Source of the DNA: an uncultured Ruminococcus sp.
GTDB lineage: Bacteria; Bacillota; Clostridia; Oscillospirales; CAG-272
DNA length: 58,092 bases
Reading direction: 5' to 3'
Assembly: GCA_902761695.1 (NCBI GenBank)
Contig: CACWLT010000006.1
Location: forward strand, 1-58,092
Positions 8,158 through 17,623 of the stretch are shown here, one piece after another (position 1 is the first letter of the stretch; every line of letters starts with the position of its first letter). Both the position numbers and the translations under genes were made by a program. The notes beneath the pieces were generated by a model. The model was not told where the DNA came from. It saw only the letters and a list, made by a program, of their open reading frames with translations, and did not search any database.

Positions 8158-8756
8158 AGCGCGGTCCCCGTGGGCGGCTCGATATTCAGGAGCGGGCATA
8201 CGCAGCAGAGAACCGCGTTGCCGATCCGCTCCGTGCCGTCCGGCGTGTTGAAGTGGGTCATGTCGGAGCGAGCGCTTTCCGGCGCGTCCTTCATGACGGC
8301 GTACAGATCGTCAAAGAGGGCGCCCTCCCGGGTCACGACCTCTTCCGCTATAGCGTTGTATCGCTCGATCTCTGCGTTGCGGCGGTAGAAAACCGGTCCG
8401 TATCCGGCCTCGACGATGGGGGTGGAGGCGGCGAATACGCTGACGGCATGGGGAAAGAGGGTGCGGATGCGGCGGGCGAGCTGGCCGATGGTGACGGCGT
8501 ACTGCTCCGGGATGGTGACGGGGAGATCGTCTCCCAGGTGGATCACGTCCCAGAGACCGGCGTTCCAGTGGACCACGTCCGCGTCGCTGCCCCAGCCGCC
8601 CTCCTGCTGCCAGTCGCCGAGGTACCGGTACATATACTGGGCGAAGCGGCAGTTCTCCTCCGGAAAGAGGACCTCGGCTGCCCCGGCGAGCTTTTCCTTC
8701 ACATAGGCGGCGTAGCCCATGCGGATGGAATCTCCCAAAAGAATGAGTTTTTTCAT
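8154..8756 (-). CDS. SGNH/GDSL hydrolase (carbohydrate esterase-like)
   Basis: ORF trimmed to MKKLILLGDSI (block I GDS); WNAGLWD (block III-like); DMTH (block V DxxH). Confidence 0.75.
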   Translation of the reverse strand: MKKLILLGDSIRMGYAAYVKEKLAGAAEVLFPEENCRFAQYMYRYLGDWQQEGGWGSDADVVHWNAGLWDVIHLGDDLPVTIPEQYAVTIGQLARRIRTLFPHAVSVFAASTPIVEAGYGPVFYRRNAEIERYNAIAEEVVTREGALFDDLYAVMKDAPESARSDMTHFNTPDGTERIGNAVLCCVCPLLNIEPPTGTAL

Positions 8757-8909
8757 GATGCGGGGACCTCCGGTGATGATGTCGGGGGAGGATGGCTCCG
8801 CGCCCCCATACAGTATAGCAGAAGGGGAGAAAAAAGTAAAGCGGAAATTGCGGGACGGCGGGAAGCAGAACATGATGAAAATGTTCTTTTTTCAAAATCG
8901 CGGATCCTC

Positions 8910-8938
8910 TTGCGCGGCGGGGGGGATTTTGCTACAAT
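8910..8938 (+). promoter_or_regulatory. SigA-type promoter with extended -10
   Basis: TTGCGC at 8910-8915, 17-nt G-rich spacer ending TGC, TACAAT at 8933-8938. Nearly identical to the promoter at 25559-25587. Confidence 0.5.
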
Positions 8939-8971
8939 GGAGCTGCAAAGGAAAAATCCGGAGGGTTGGTT

Positions 8972-9582
8972 ATGGACAGAAAGAACGTATTTCCGCTGGG
9001 GTTCTGGAACTATGCGCGGCTGAGCGGAATGGGGGAGCATCCCGTGCGGGACTGGGCCGAGGCGGGGATGAATCTCTGCCACTCCCCCCATTTCGTGCCC
9101 GGGGAGGACGATCCGAGGCAGATGGCGGCCTTGCTTGACGAATGCGCGGACAACGGCATTCAGCTCATTCTGGACGATCCCCGCTGTCACTGGACGGGAG
9201 CGCTGTCGGAGCCGGAGGGCTATAAGGCGCGATTTTTGCAGATGCTGGACGAATTCGGACGCCATCCCGCTGTTTACGGGTACTATGTGGGGGACGAGCC
9301 CTGGGCGGCGCAGATGGAGGAAGCGAAGGCTGCTGTGCGCGTTCAGCGGGAGCTCATGCCGGAGAAGGCGCCGTTTCTCAATTTCAATCCCTAAAGGGTC
9401 CGGACGGCATGCCGGTGAGCCCGTATCCCTACACCCGGATGCCCTGGGGCGGAGTGGAGGTCAACTGCGCGCGGAACGACGTCTGCAACGGCTTCCATAT
9501 CCGGGAGGACGGGACGGTGCACAACGCCGCCTGGCTCGCTCCGGGGCAGATGGAGGTGTGGAGACTGGAGACGGTGGAATGA
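8972..9582 (+). pseudogene. Remnant of a TIM-barrel glycoside-hydrolase-like gene (N-terminal ~140 aa plus ~60-aa tail in another frame)
   Basis: ATG at 8972 after GGAGGG. The frame ends at a TAA at 9392-9394 (…APFLNFNP*). A different frame continues …LKGPDGMPVSPYPYTRMPWGGVEVNCARNDVCNGFHIREDGTVHNAAWLAPGQMEVWRLETVE* and ends at 9580-9582. Total length is too short for a barrel. Confidence 0.45.
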
Positions 9583-9623
9583 TGCGTTATCCGAATCACA
9601 TGGTTAATAAAAGGAGGGCACCA

Positions 9624-10990
9624 ATGTATCCGCTTTACGAGTATGACCGGCGGCTGGTGGAATGCGTTCCGTCCGGGAGGCAGCTGAAGCACGCGCGGAT
9701 GGAGTTTTACGGCTTTCTCTGCTTCAACATGGTCACCTTCACGGACCGGGAATGGGGAACGGGGAAGGAATCGCCCGCGTTTTTCGCGCCAACGGAATAC
9801 GATCCGGCGCAGTGGATCGGCGTGATGGCGGAGGCGGGGATGAGGGGCGCGATCCTTGTGGCGAAGCACCACGACGGGTTCTGTCTCTGGCCCTCCCGAT
9901 ACACGGAGCACTGCGTGAGGAACAGTCCCCTGCAGGGCGGGGGAGCGGACGTGGTGCGGGACGTGGCGGAGGCATGCCGGGAAAAGGGGATGACTACGAC
10001 GATTTCTTCTGCGGGCAGCTGACGGAGCTTCTCACGGGGTACGGTCCACTCTTCTCCGTGTGGTTCGACGGGGCGTGCGGGGAGGGACCCAACGGAAAGC
10101 GGCAGGTCTACGACTGGGAGCGGTATTACGCCCTGATCCGGAAATACCAGCCGGACGCCTGCATCTCGGTGTCGGGGCCGGACGTGCGCTGGTGCGGCAA
10201 CGAGGCGGGATGTACCCGGGAATCCGAATGGTCCGTGCTCCCCACGGCGTTTTATACCCCGGACGAGGTGGCGGAGAAGAGCCAGAAGGAGGACGGCGCG
10301 GCCTTCCGGGAGAAGAAAATCGACATGATGGGGGAGGATCTGGGCAGCCGGGATTTTTTAAAGGGGGCGAAGGGCCTGCGGTGGTATCCCTCCGAGACGG
10401 ACACCTCCATCCGGCCCGGGTGGTTCTGGCATGAATCGGAGAACGACCGGGTGCGGGACGCGGACACGCTGTTTGACATCTGGCTCCGGACGGTGGGAGG
10501 GAACTCCTCCCTGCTTCTGAATGTTCCGCCGGACAGACGGGGGCTGTTCCACGAGAACGACGTGAAAAATCTTCTGGCGCTGGGGGAGCGGATCCGGGCG
10601 GCCTTCGGGGTCAATCTGGCCGAGGGGGCCGCATTCACCGCCGATCACGACGACGGGATCCACACGGCGGACGCCCTCCGGGAGGACAGCTGGGACGCGT
10701 ACTTCAAGACGCCCGACGGAGAGAACACTGCACAGATTACGGTGGCGCTTCCCCGTGAGGCGGAGGTGCGGTATATTGAATTGAAGGAGCACATCCCCAT
10801 GAGCCAGCGGGTGGAGCGGTTCGCCGTCGATGCCCGGTCCCGGGACGGGGAATGGGTGGAGATCGCCGCCGGGACCACGGTGGGGTACAGAAGGATCCTG
10901 CCGGTCGAACCGGTTCTGACGGGCGCCGTCCGGGTGCGGATCCTCGATTCCCGGGTCTGCCCGGTGCTGTCGTTTATCGGGATATACTGA
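9624..10990 (+). pseudogene. GH29 alpha-L-fucosidase disrupted by an internal deletion/frameshift near 9985
   Basis: N-terminal frame (ATG 9624, AAAGGAGGG RBS) reads MEFYGFLCFNMVTFTDREWG…AKHHDGFCLWPSRYTEHCVRNSP…ACREKGM, then stops at 10022. The C-terminal frame (ORF 9662..10990) resumes at DDYDDFFCGQLTELLTGYGPLFSVWFDGACGEG. The expected KFGVYLSPWDRH-type segment is missing. Confidence 0.7.
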
Positions 10991-11090
10991 CGGGCACGGC
11001 GGGGAATGCCTCTGCACATTTCGCACAGGCGGCGGGGGATCATCCGGTGATTTTTGTGGGAATCCTCCAAATTTTCGGGTGATTTGCCCA

Positions 11091-11119
11091 TGGAATTCGC
11101 TGCGGTTTTTTGCTATAAT
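11091..11119 (+). promoter_or_regulatory. Extended -10 promoter
   Basis: TGGAAT at 11091-11096, 17-nt spacer ending TGC, TATAAT at 11114-11119; 42 nt upstream of the SBP ATG. Confidence 0.45.
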
Positions 11120-11160
11120 CAGGAAGGGAAAAACTGCATTCAGAAAGGCAGGAAGGCACC

Positions 11161-12633
11161 ATGAAAAAGAGAATCACCGCACTGACGCTCTCCGTTCTTC
11201 TGCTGCTCCTGAGCGCCTGCTCGGAAAAGGGCGGGAACACGGAGGAGACCGCCGCATCCGCCGCAGCCGGGGAAGATCCCGCCGTGACTGCGGAGGAGGA
11301 GACCGCCTGGATCGACACCCTTCCGGCCGAGGATTTCGGGGGGATCACCTTCAACATAGCGTGGTCCACGCCGAATCTGTCCTGGAACGAGATCGCGCCC
11401 GACGCGGACGAGATCGCCGGGGATCTGGTGGGGGAGGCCGTGCATCAGCGGAACCTGCTGACGGAGGACAGGCTGAATATTTCCATCACCGCCCAGCCGG
11501 CCACCCAGTTCTGGACCACCGTGAACACGGACATCAAGAATCTGGTTCTGGCCGGGGACACGAGCATTGACGCATACGGCGTATCCACCTGGTTCATGTT
11601 CAAGGCCTCCATCGACGGGCTGCTCTGCAATCTGGACACGGTGGAGACGCTGGATCTCTCCCACGACTGGTGGGAGCACGGGCTGAACGAGATGATGTCC
11701 TTAAACGGCGCGCAGCACTACATGGCCAACGGCATGATCAACTATCTGGACGACTACGCCATCTCCTGCCTCTACTTCAACAAGCCCCTGTGCACAGATC
11801 TTGGGCTGGAGCATCCCTACGAGCTGGTGCGCAACGGGGAATGGACCCTGGATAAATTCCTCGCCTATGTGGACGCGTCCTCAGCGGATCTGGACGGCAA
11901 CGGGATCTGGGACGAGAACGACCGGTACGGGCTGGTGGAGAACAGCGGCCTGCTGAACCGGTTCCTCCCCAGCTTCGGCACCCAGGTGGTGGGCTTTGAC
12001 GAGAACGGGGACGGCACCATCAACCAAAGCGAGATCTTCTTCGAGCAGCTGGACCGGATGACGAACGCCCTGCTGGATCCCCTCTACGCGCCGGTGCTTC
12101 TGCGGGACCGTGCCCTCGGGTATGAGAAGGCGGACACGGTATTCCCCGGCGGGCGCGCGCTGTTCTTCGGGGAGATGGTCAACAGCATCACCACCTTCCG
12201 CGAGACGATGGATCCGGACTTCGGCCTCATTCCCTATCCGAAATACACGGAGGAGCAGGCGCAGTACTATTCCTCCTACAACACCGCCTGGGGGACCTCC
12301 TACGGCTTCCCGGTCACCAATCCCGAGCTGAACCGGTCCGGGCGGATCATCGAGGTGATGGGCTACTACTCCATGGACACGATCTATCCCGCCAGCATCG
12401 AGAAGAACATTCTCACCAAGACCGTGCGGGACGAGGAATCCTCCGACATGCTCCGGCTGATGTTCGAATGCAAGTTCTACGAGCTGGGCTCCTGGGGCAC
12501 CTCCGTCTACGGCAACCTCTGCGGCATGGCCAGCTCCGGGAAGAACAACTTCGTATCCAGCCTCAAATCCATCGTCAAGATCAACGCGAAGGAATTCGAC
12601 GCGGTCAAGAATTACTATGATTTCGGCAACTGA
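11161..12633 (+). CDS. Extracellular solute-binding lipoprotein, paralog 2
   Basis: MKKRITALTLSVLLLLLSACS lipobox; EHPYELVRNGEWTLDKF and DLDGNGIWDEND motifs. Confidence 0.8.
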   Translation: MKKRITALTLSVLLLLLSACSEKGGNTEETAASAAAGEDPAVTAEEETAWIDTLPAEDFGGITFNIAWSTPNLSWNEIAPDADEIAGDLVGEAVHQRNLLTEDRLNISITAQPATQFWTTVNTDIKNLVLAGDTSIDAYGVSTWFMFKASIDGLLCNLDTVETLDLSHDWWEHGLNEMMSLNGAQHYMANGMINYLDDYAISCLYFNKPLCTDLGLEHPYELVRNGEWTLDKFLAYVDASSADLDGNGIWDENDRYGLVENSGLLNRFLPSFGTQVVGFDENGDGTINQSEIFFEQLDRMTNALLDPLYAPVLLRDRALGYEKADTVFPGGRALFFGEMVNSITTFRETMDPDFGLIPYPKYTEEQAQYYSSYNTAWGTSYGFPVTNPELNRSGRIIEVMGYYSMDTIYPASIEKNILTKTVRDEESSDMLRLMFECKFYELGSWGTSVYGNLCGMASSGKNNFVSSLKSIVKINAKEFDAVKNYYDFGN

Positions 12634-12650
12634 AGGGGAAATGACTGATT

Positions 12651-14567
12651 ATGAAGAACCGTTCATTCATCACGGGCTCCGGCAATCCGGAGAAGCTGCG
12701 GCTCATTGAGGAGAGCTTTTCCATGCTGGCGGATTCGCCCGAACTTCCCGATCTGCGGATGCTCTACAAGTCCTCCACCGACATGCTCAGCGAGGGCTTT
12801 ATCTGGGGCGACGGCTGGTGGATCCAGAACAGCTTCGGCTTCACCATGGGGGCGGTCCCGCTGCTGGATCCCTTCTGGAGCCGGATTCTGCAGAACTCCT
12901 ACGACGCCTTCTGGCAGCGGATCGGGGACGGGCGGCGCATCGGATCGGACAACGGGGTCCCCACCCATCCCAACTACGGCTACTGCGCGCCGGACGGCTC
13001 CCTGGGGGACTGCGTGAAGCAGAGCGTCGGGATCGTATACCGGCAGGGGGACGGGGACGTGGATTCCTACGACTGGTTCTACGAGGCCACGGCGGCGGGG
13101 GTGCTGATGGAGGCGGAGATCCTCCTCTTCGACCGCAGGCCCGAAAAAATCCGCGCCTATCTGCCCCTCATGCGCCGCTCCCTGGACCACATCGAATCGA
13201 CCCGGGCGGAAAACGGGCTGTTTCTGGTGGGACCCTCGGCGAATCTGCTGGCCCCCAGCTACGGCGGAAGTCCCGCGGATGAGAACGGAAAGCCGGGGAA
13301 GGGCTATCTGACGGGTCTCTCGGTCACCACTGCCGCCGCGCTGAAACGGTGCGCCGCCCTCTGCCGGATGGTGGGGGACACGGATACCGCCGGGGAATAC
13401 GAGCGCCGTCTGGAGCGAACCCTCCGCGCTCTGCCGCTGCTTCTGACGGGGGAGGGGTATTTCGTCAAGTCCATGGATCCCGACGGCACGAAGCACGGGG
13501 TTTACGGCGCGGACCGGTACGGCTATCTGGAGGGGGTCTGCAACGTGGACGCGGCGGCCTGGGGCGTTGTGGGAGAGGATATCGCCCGCTCCATCCGAGA
13601 AAAGATCGCCGCCGTCCCCGGGATCCGACCGGCCGGGATCCTCTGCAACAACTATCCCCATCTGGACGACACGCTGGACAGCTACCGGAAGCACTCGAGC
13701 GAGCCCCACTCCCTGGGATGGCGCTCCGGCGACTGGGTGGACGGCGGATGCTGGGCGACGGTGGAGGGCCGGGCTGTTCTGGCTTATCTGAGGACCGGGG
13801 CGTATGAGGACGCCTTCCGTGCCGCCGGGGTCTACATGAAATGGGCGGAGGAATACCGGCAGGACGCGCCCATGTCCCAGTGGGGCTTCAATACCAACAA
13901 TCCCTGGCAGCAGGAGAACGACGACCACACCGAGTGCAAGCGGCCCGTATCCGTTATGGTGGACAACTTCGCGCCGGTGACCTGCCTGCTCCGGGGGCTC
14001 TTCGGATGGGAAGGGGACGATAAGGGGCTGACGGTCCGGCCGCAGATCCCCGGTGACATCACCTCCCTGCGGCTGCACGTGCCCGTGTATTTCGGCGGGT
14101 GTGCGGTTTACGCGGCATATACGGGCGGGGACGCTCCCCTGCGGGCGCTGCTGGACGGCAGGGAGATCCCCGTGAGCGAGGACGGGACCGTTCACATTCC
14201 CGACGCGCTCCTGACCCGGGGCGGGGAGGTCTGCCTGGTTCTTGACCGGTCAGGCTCCGCGCCTGCTCTGACGGCGGAGGAGCTGAAGCGGGACGGCGGT
14301 CCGACGGGAGACATCGACGGGCTGCCGGAAGAGCTGGCGGATATCTATGCGGAATGCGCCGCCGCGCTGGAAGAGGAGAACGATCCCCTCAGGCGCGCGC
14401 AGCTTGCGGAAATTCTCTCCGCCGCTGAAACGGCCGCCCTCCGCCGCAGGCTGCCCTTCGACCGGCACGCGCTCAGGCCCATGACCGACGACAAGCGGGC
14501 CGGGATCCTGAATCTCTACGATCAGACGGTGCGGGAGCTCTACGCGGGGCTGAAGCACAGGGGATAA
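12651..14567 (+). CDS. Hypothetical 638-aa cytoplasmic protein, possibly an (alpha/alpha)6-barrel glycosidase-like fold
   Basis: Long ORF 18 nt after the SBP stop, with no signal peptide. Trp/Gly-rich helical-repeat-like segments (GDWVDGGCWATVEGRAVLAYLRTG). No family confidently recalled. Confidence 0.35.
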   Translation: MKNRSFITGSGNPEKLRLIEESFSMLADSPELPDLRMLYKSSTDMLSEGFIWGDGWWIQNSFGFTMGAVPLLDPFWSRILQNSYDAFWQRIGDGRRIGSDNGVPTHPNYGYCAPDGSLGDCVKQSVGIVYRQGDGDVDSYDWFYEATAAGVLMEAEILLFDRRPEKIRAYLPLMRRSLDHIESTRAENGLFLVGPSANLLAPSYGGSPADENGKPGKGYLTGLSVTTAAALKRCAALCRMVGDTDTAGEYERRLERTLRALPLLLTGEGYFVKSMDPDGTKHGVYGADRYGYLEGVCNVDAAAWGVVGEDIARSIREKIAAVPGIRPAGILCNNYPHLDDTLDSYRKHSSEPHSLGWRSGDWVDGGCWATVEGRAVLAYLRTGAYEDAFRAAGVYMKWAEEYRQDAPMSQWGFNTNNPWQQENDDHTECKRPVSVMVDNFAPVTCLLRGLFGWEGDDKGLTVRPQIPGDITSLRLHVPVYFGGCAVYAAYTGGDAPLRALLDGREIPVSEDGTVHIPDALLTRGGEVCLVLDRSGSAPALTAEELKRDGGPTGDIDGLPEELADIYAECAAALEEENDPLRRAQLAEILSAAETAALRRRLPFDRHALRPMTDDKRAGILNLYDQTVRELYAGLKHRG

Positions 14568-14676
14568 AGACGCAGAAAGGAAAAGGCGCGCCGGGGCGGT
14601 GATTGCTCCGCCGGCAGAATAATAGCTTGCGGAACGGTATAACAGCACGGCGCGGAAGCGGGAGGATTTGACTTTC

Positions 14677-15669
14677 ATGAACGACATCCGGTATCTCACC
14701 GATCATTACGACGAAAAAATAGAACAGATCAACCGGCTGGGGGCGCCGCTGAACTTTGTCTTCATCACCGACATGCACAACGGGCTGGCGCTGAAGAAGC
14801 TCCCGGGGCACGGGGACAGGGAATTCGGCAGGGCGGCAGATCACATCCGGTCCATACAGTACATTTTGGACCGCTGCCCGGGCATTTCCTGCGTGGTGAA
14901 CGGCGGGGACATCGGAAACGACTACTGGCCCGACGCGGAGGGGATCCGGTCCACCTACCGGGAAACCATGGACGCCCTCTATGCCCTGAGCGTGCCCGTC
15001 CACTGCTGCATCGGGAACCACGACGACGCCACGGCCATGGCGGAGCGGCTGAAGGACAACGCCGTCGCCATCCTGCCGGACGAGATGCACGAGATCTGCA
15101 TGAAGTACAATCCCACGCCGGAGAATTACTATTACACCGACCTGCCGGATTCCGAATGGCGGTTCATCCTGCTCAACAGCTGCGACCGGCCATACCGCAT
15201 CGGGGCGAACGGGCGGTTCATCGAGGACTATCCCCTGGAGTTCTCCAACGCCCAGGCGGCATGGCTGGAGCGGGAGGCGCTGGACACGGACCGGAAGATC
15301 CTGGTGTTCAGTCACGCGCCCGTGAGCAACGTCGGCATATTCGGGTCCATCGGGAAGGGAGGCGGCTACGTGCGGACCCACGACGACACCCTGAACTCCT
15401 CCCGGGTCTACACGGCGCTGCGGGACTGCAAAAACGTGAAGGCGCTGATCGCGGGGCACGTGCACTACGACAACCTGCTCTACCGGGACCGGATGGTGCT
15501 CGTCACGTCCCAGTGCTCCTTCGTGCAGGAGTGGGCGCCCAGCTGTCCGAAGCGGGAGCACGGCACTGTCACCGAGACGGCCTTCGACGTCTTCTCCGTC
15601 AAGGACGAGCTGATGATGATCACCCGTTTCGGCGCGGGATGCGACCGGGCGGCGACGCTCCTGCGGTGA
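14677..15669 (+). CDS. Calcineurin-like metallophosphoesterase
   Basis: ATG at 14677 with GGGAGGA upstream (the ORF track starts at the TTG at 14668). Motifs FITDMH, GGDIGND, GNHD, SHAP, GHVH. Confidence 0.75.
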   Translation: MNDIRYLTDHYDEKIEQINRLGAPLNFVFITDMHNGLALKKLPGHGDREFGRAADHIRSIQYILDRCPGISCVVNGGDIGNDYWPDAEGIRSTYRETMDALYALSVPVHCCIGNHDDATAMAERLKDNAVAILPDEMHEICMKYNPTPENYYYTDLPDSEWRFILLNSCDRPYRIGANGRFIEDYPLEFSNAQAAWLEREALDTDRKILVFSHAPVSNVGIFGSIGKGGGYVRTHDDTLNSSRVYTALRDCKNVKALIAGHVHYDNLLYRDRMVLVTSQCSFVQEWAPSCPKREHGTVTETAFDVFSVKDELMMITRFGAGCDRAATLLR

Positions 15670-15745
15670 CGCGGCTCCGGGGAGAGGACGGAATAACAGG
15701 AACAAATAACATACCGGGTTCCGGCGGAAACAATGAGGAGATGCC

Positions 15746-17595
15746 ATGAGAATCGAAATCGACGCGGGGAAGAGGACAAAGCTCTCCCCTTACGTATTCG
15801 GACACAATCTGGAACACACCCGTTCGGCGGTGGGCGGCAGCGGCGGTCTCTCCGCAGAGATGCTCCGGAACCGGAAATTCGCCGGGAAGCCCGGGAAGAA
15901 CAGCGGCGCGGCGGCGGAATGGACGACGGTGGGCGACAGGGCCTTCTTCCAGAACGGGGGACGGGCCTGCTACACCCGGCACATCGGCTGTGAACGGATG
16001 GCGCGGCAGAACGAGCTCCAGTCCCAGAGCGTCCAGAACGTTCACGGCGGGCTCTGCGGGCTGGCGCAGCGGGAGCTGGCCGTCCGGGCGGGCGTGCGGT
16101 ACGAGGTCCGGGCCGTCACGATGGTTTATGTTCCAGTGACCCTGGCGGCGGAGCTGACGGACCGGCGGGGAGAGCGGATCTACGCCCGGGAGGAATTCGC
16201 CCTTCTGCCCGGGGATTGGGAGACGCACGAGGTCGTTCTGACGCCGGACACGGACGACGACGACGCGGCCATCCGCTTTGTCTTCACGGAGCGGGCGGAG
16301 GTGGTCTTCGGCGCGGTGTCCATGATGAATGCGGGCCATTTTCACGGGATGCGGGCGGACGCGGTGCGGTGTCTCGAATCGGACCCACGATCCTGCGGTG
16401 GCCGGGGGGCAATTTCGCCGGGGAATACCGCTGGAAGGACGGCCTCCTGCCCGCCGACATGCGCGGTCCTCTTCAGGCGGCCATGGAGATCGAGACCCAG
16501 CCCCATTCCAACGGCTACGACTACCACGAGATCTCCACGGACGATTTCATCGCGCTCTGCCGGGAGGTGGGCGCGGAGCCGTTTCTGACCATCAATCTGG
16601 CCTGGAACAGCCCGGAGGACAGCGCGGACTGGGTGGAATACTGCAACGGATCAGCCGACACGGAATACGGGCGGAAGCGGGCGGAAAACGGCCATCCCGA
16701 GCCCTACGGCGTCCGGTTCTGGTCCCTGGGCAACGAGATGGGCTACGGTCACATGGAGGGCCCCGGCGGTCCGGCGGAATACGCGGCGCTGGCCCGGGTC
16801 CACGTCGACGCCATGAAGGAAAAATCGCCGGACATCGAGCTCTTCTCCTCCGGTCCCTATCCGAACGACGGATGGGCTGAGCAGTCCGCGGCGGCTCTGG
16901 CGGGGGACGTGAAGACCATCTCCCTGCACCACTACGCGAACGCGTACATGGACTACACGACGCCGGAGAAGACCGCCGCCACCTACCGGAGCATCGTGGG
17001 ATCCGTGTCGGGCGCGGAGGAGCTGGCTCGGCGGATGCGGAAATCCCTGGACGCCACCGGGGAGAAGCTGCACATCTCCTTTGACGAGTGGAACTTCTGG
17101 TACGCCTGGTACCGGCCCTCCTGCGCGGGAGAGGGGATCTTCGCGGCAAAAATGATCCACATGCTGCTCCGGGAATCCGTGGAGCTCGACATGCCGTACT
17201 GCTGCTACTTCCAGCCGGTGGGTGAGGGCGCGATCCTCATCGATAACGGCGGGGCGCGGCTGACGGCCAACGGGCAGATGTTCGCCATGATGCGGGCCCA
17301 CTGCGGCGGGGAGCTCTGCGCGCTGGAGGGTGTGGACGCCTATTCCGCGCTGGCCACGGTGAGGGACGGACGTCTGACCCTGACCCTCATCAACGACAGC
17401 TGGGACGAGGAGCGGGAATTCCGCTTCAATCTCCCGGGGAGCGATCCCGAGGGGGAGGTCTGGTCGGCGGAGGAGGTCACGCCGTATTCGGAATTCACGC
17501 GGCGGCCTCTGGATATCGCGGCGGAGGACGGGGCGGCACGGGTGCTCCTGCCTCCTCACAGCGCGGCGAAGATCACGCTTTCCTTCGGGGCGTGA
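15746..17595 (+). pseudogene. GH51 alpha-L-arabinofuranosidase with a frameshift near 16375-16380
   Basis: ORF 15746..16588 (MRIEIDAGKRTKLSPYVFGHNLEH…GMRADAVRCLES) and ORF 16216..17595 (…IGPTILRWPGGNFAGEYRWKDG…WSLGNEMGY…) are two halves of one GH51-like protein in different frames. Confidence 0.7.
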
Positions 17596-17623
17596 GGGCG
17601 TCCGACGGAAGGAGAGAGCGACG

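Noticed and set aside
16340-16400. Programmed ribosomal frameshift in the GH51 gene
   Set aside because: There is no slippery heptamer, homopolymer or downstream pseudoknot-like structure at the junction. Neighbouring genes are also broken, so a mutation or sequencing error is more parsimonious.
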